Virus record (IMG/VR): IMGVR_UViG_3300024999_000030
Location: 1 to 64,000 of that record
Reading direction: 5' to 3' (one strand)
Length of the DNA stretch: 64,000 nt
A model generated the notes under the pieces. The model searched no databases and was not told where the DNA came from. It saw only the letters and a list, made by a program, of their open reading frames with translations. Numbering within the stretch: the stretch's first letter is position 1; each line of letters opens with the position of its first letter. Positions 62,773-64,000 of the stretch are shown here, in pieces. The position numbers and the translations under genes were made by a program.

Positions 62773-64000
62773 ACGAACAAGATAAAAATATTCAACGTGC
62801 GACTAAAGCAGCTATAGAATCTTCTAATGTTGCATATGAGTCATATTTACGCGTTCTTCAGCGATTAACGCGGTCCTTTAAGTTAATGGAAAATACTGCT
62901 GATGATATGAATAGTATTTTAAATGATCAAATTAAAACTTTATCAGATTCTGGTGTAATAAGAAATCTTACTTCCATGATGAAGAAAAGTGAAAATTTAA
63001 AAATTAAAACAGCTGGCAATTTATTAGAATCTGGAGCTAATCTTATAGACACAGTAACAACATTTGAACAAGCTATGATTAAAACCAAAACTAGTGCAAT
63101 TCAATTAGGAGCCTCTTTTGGGCAAACCACGGAAGAAGTTAGTCGATTTGCTAATGCCACACTTTCTCATATTGGTGAATTAAAATCAACACTACATGTT
63201 CAGCAAGACAGAATAGATCAATATCTTAATACTGTAAAAATGATGGCAGGTTCTTATGCCATGCTTAATGCTCAAATTATTGATTCTAGCGGTAATGTTG
63301 TTGATAATTTACAAAGCACTTTATTTAAATTTAGCAACGCCTTTCAATATGATATTATTCCCCTCACTAAGATGGTATATGGCGCCGCTGGTAGAATGGG
63401 CGCCTCCGATGATCCAAAAATTGCAGCATATAGAATGATGGAAGCTTGGGTAGATGCAACTAAAATGTTACGTATAGTTGGAATGTCTACCACTAAGGGC
63501 CTTGGAGATTTAGCTTCAATTGTGGCTGGGACAGAAGGTAGTATTGTAGATGGAACTAGGCGCATTGCGAATATTACATCTTTATATACTAGTGTTTTTA
63601 CTATTTTAAGAAATAAGGGACAAGAAGCTTTGACTGATGAATTTACGCGCATTATGGATGATGGAATGCGAAATTTATCTCCAGTTATATCTGGTCTTAT
63701 GGTGTCTGGTGGTTTCGCTAAAAATATTATTGGTGATGTTCAAGATCCATTAGTTGGCGGTATGATGTTGCGTGCTGCAGTTCGAGCTGGAAAGGATTTA
63801 AGAACTGGAAAAAATGTTTCCACAAATGATGTTATGGATATGATTATAAACACTCTTGAGGGTTCTGCTAAAACGCCCCTCTTTGTTTGGGGCCCAGAAT
63901 TTACTAAGGGCTTAACTCATTCACAAGCTAACACAGCGGCCAATCAATCTTTGTTGTTTGATCAATTACTGTCTAGTGTCTTTGGAGTTAAAGATAAAAA
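62769..64000 (+). CDS. Tape-measure-like protein 2 (3' partial)
   Basis: ATGA overlap; first ~130 codons read by hand and open, no stop noticed before the window end; K.S...GA.FGQ...EV.R(F/Y)A shared with protein 1. Confidence 0.7.
   Translation, partial: MNEQDKNIQRATKAAIESSNVAYESYLRVLQRLTRSFKLMENTADDMNSILNDQIKTLSDSGVIRNLTSMMKKSENLKIKTAGNLLESGANLIDTVTTFEQAMIKTKTSAIQLGASFGQTTEEVSRFANATLSHIGELKSTLHVQQDRIDQYLNTVKMMAGSYAMLNAQIIDSSGNVVDNLQSTLFKFSNAFQYDIIPLTKMVYGAAGRMGASDDPKIAAYRMMEAWVDATKMLRIVGMSTTKGLGDLASIVAGTEGSIVDGTRRIANITSLYTSVFTILRNKGQEALTDEFTRIMDDGMRNLSPVISGLMVSGGFAKNIIGDVQDPLVGGMMLRAAVRAGKDLRTGKNVSTNDVMDMIINTLEGSAKTPLFVWGPEFTKGLTHSQANTAANQSLLFDQLLSSVFGVKDK

Noticed and set aside
399-63652. 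Many minus-strand and nested ORFs inside long plus-strand genes
   Set aside because: Shadow ORFs from codon bias; only 11783-12202 has its own RBS, promoter-like motif and terminator.
1-64000. Genome-wide TAG reassignment (code 15-like), suggested by the CUA tRNA
   Set aside because: Long genes are intact in the standard code. TAG ends the sheath gene just before a terminator and ends the 14798 gene overlapping the next RBS. Only one convincing in-frame TAG was found.

Overview
A 64 kb segment of a large myovirus-type (contractile-tailed, probably jumbo) bacteriophage, almost all on the + strand. No host genes, rRNA or CRISPR array were seen. Layout: end of the head module (scaffold-like protein, two decoration-like paralogs, HK97-type major capsid protein, 1-7.2 kb); accessory/translation region with three tRNA operons (~36 tRNA or tRNA-like genes covering all 20 amino acids), KamA-family radical SAM enzyme, Pth2-like gene, amber-suppressor tRNA, outer-membrane beta-barrel, three Y RNA-like genes plus Ro60/TROVE, AAA ATPase and RNase Y (7-37 kb, interrupted by a tail-fibre cassette at 17.6-28 kb); then neck, fibre, sheath, two tube paralogs, a frameshifted tail chaperone and two tape-measure-like paralogs (37-64 kb). 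Main discovery: each tRNA operon has the order sigma70-type promoter, short leader ORF, antiterminator/terminator, tRNAs. The leader peptide codons match the amino acids of the tRNAs downstream: Leu/Ser; Trp/His/Ile/Glu/Phe/Ala/Asn/Val/Met/Asp; Thr/Gln/Gly/Pro/Lys/Arg/Tyr/Cys. This looks like ribosome-mediated attenuation that switches on phage tRNA sets when the matching charged tRNAs run short. Other unusual RNAs: a tRNA-Arg(UCU) with its D-loop relocated 3' of the anticodon arm, 8/4-type Ser/His tRNAs, class I tRNAs with long variable arms, and a CUA suppressor next to a Pth2-like gene with an in-frame TAG. All calls come from manual reading and motif recognition; no database searches or folding programs were run, so novelty is unverified.
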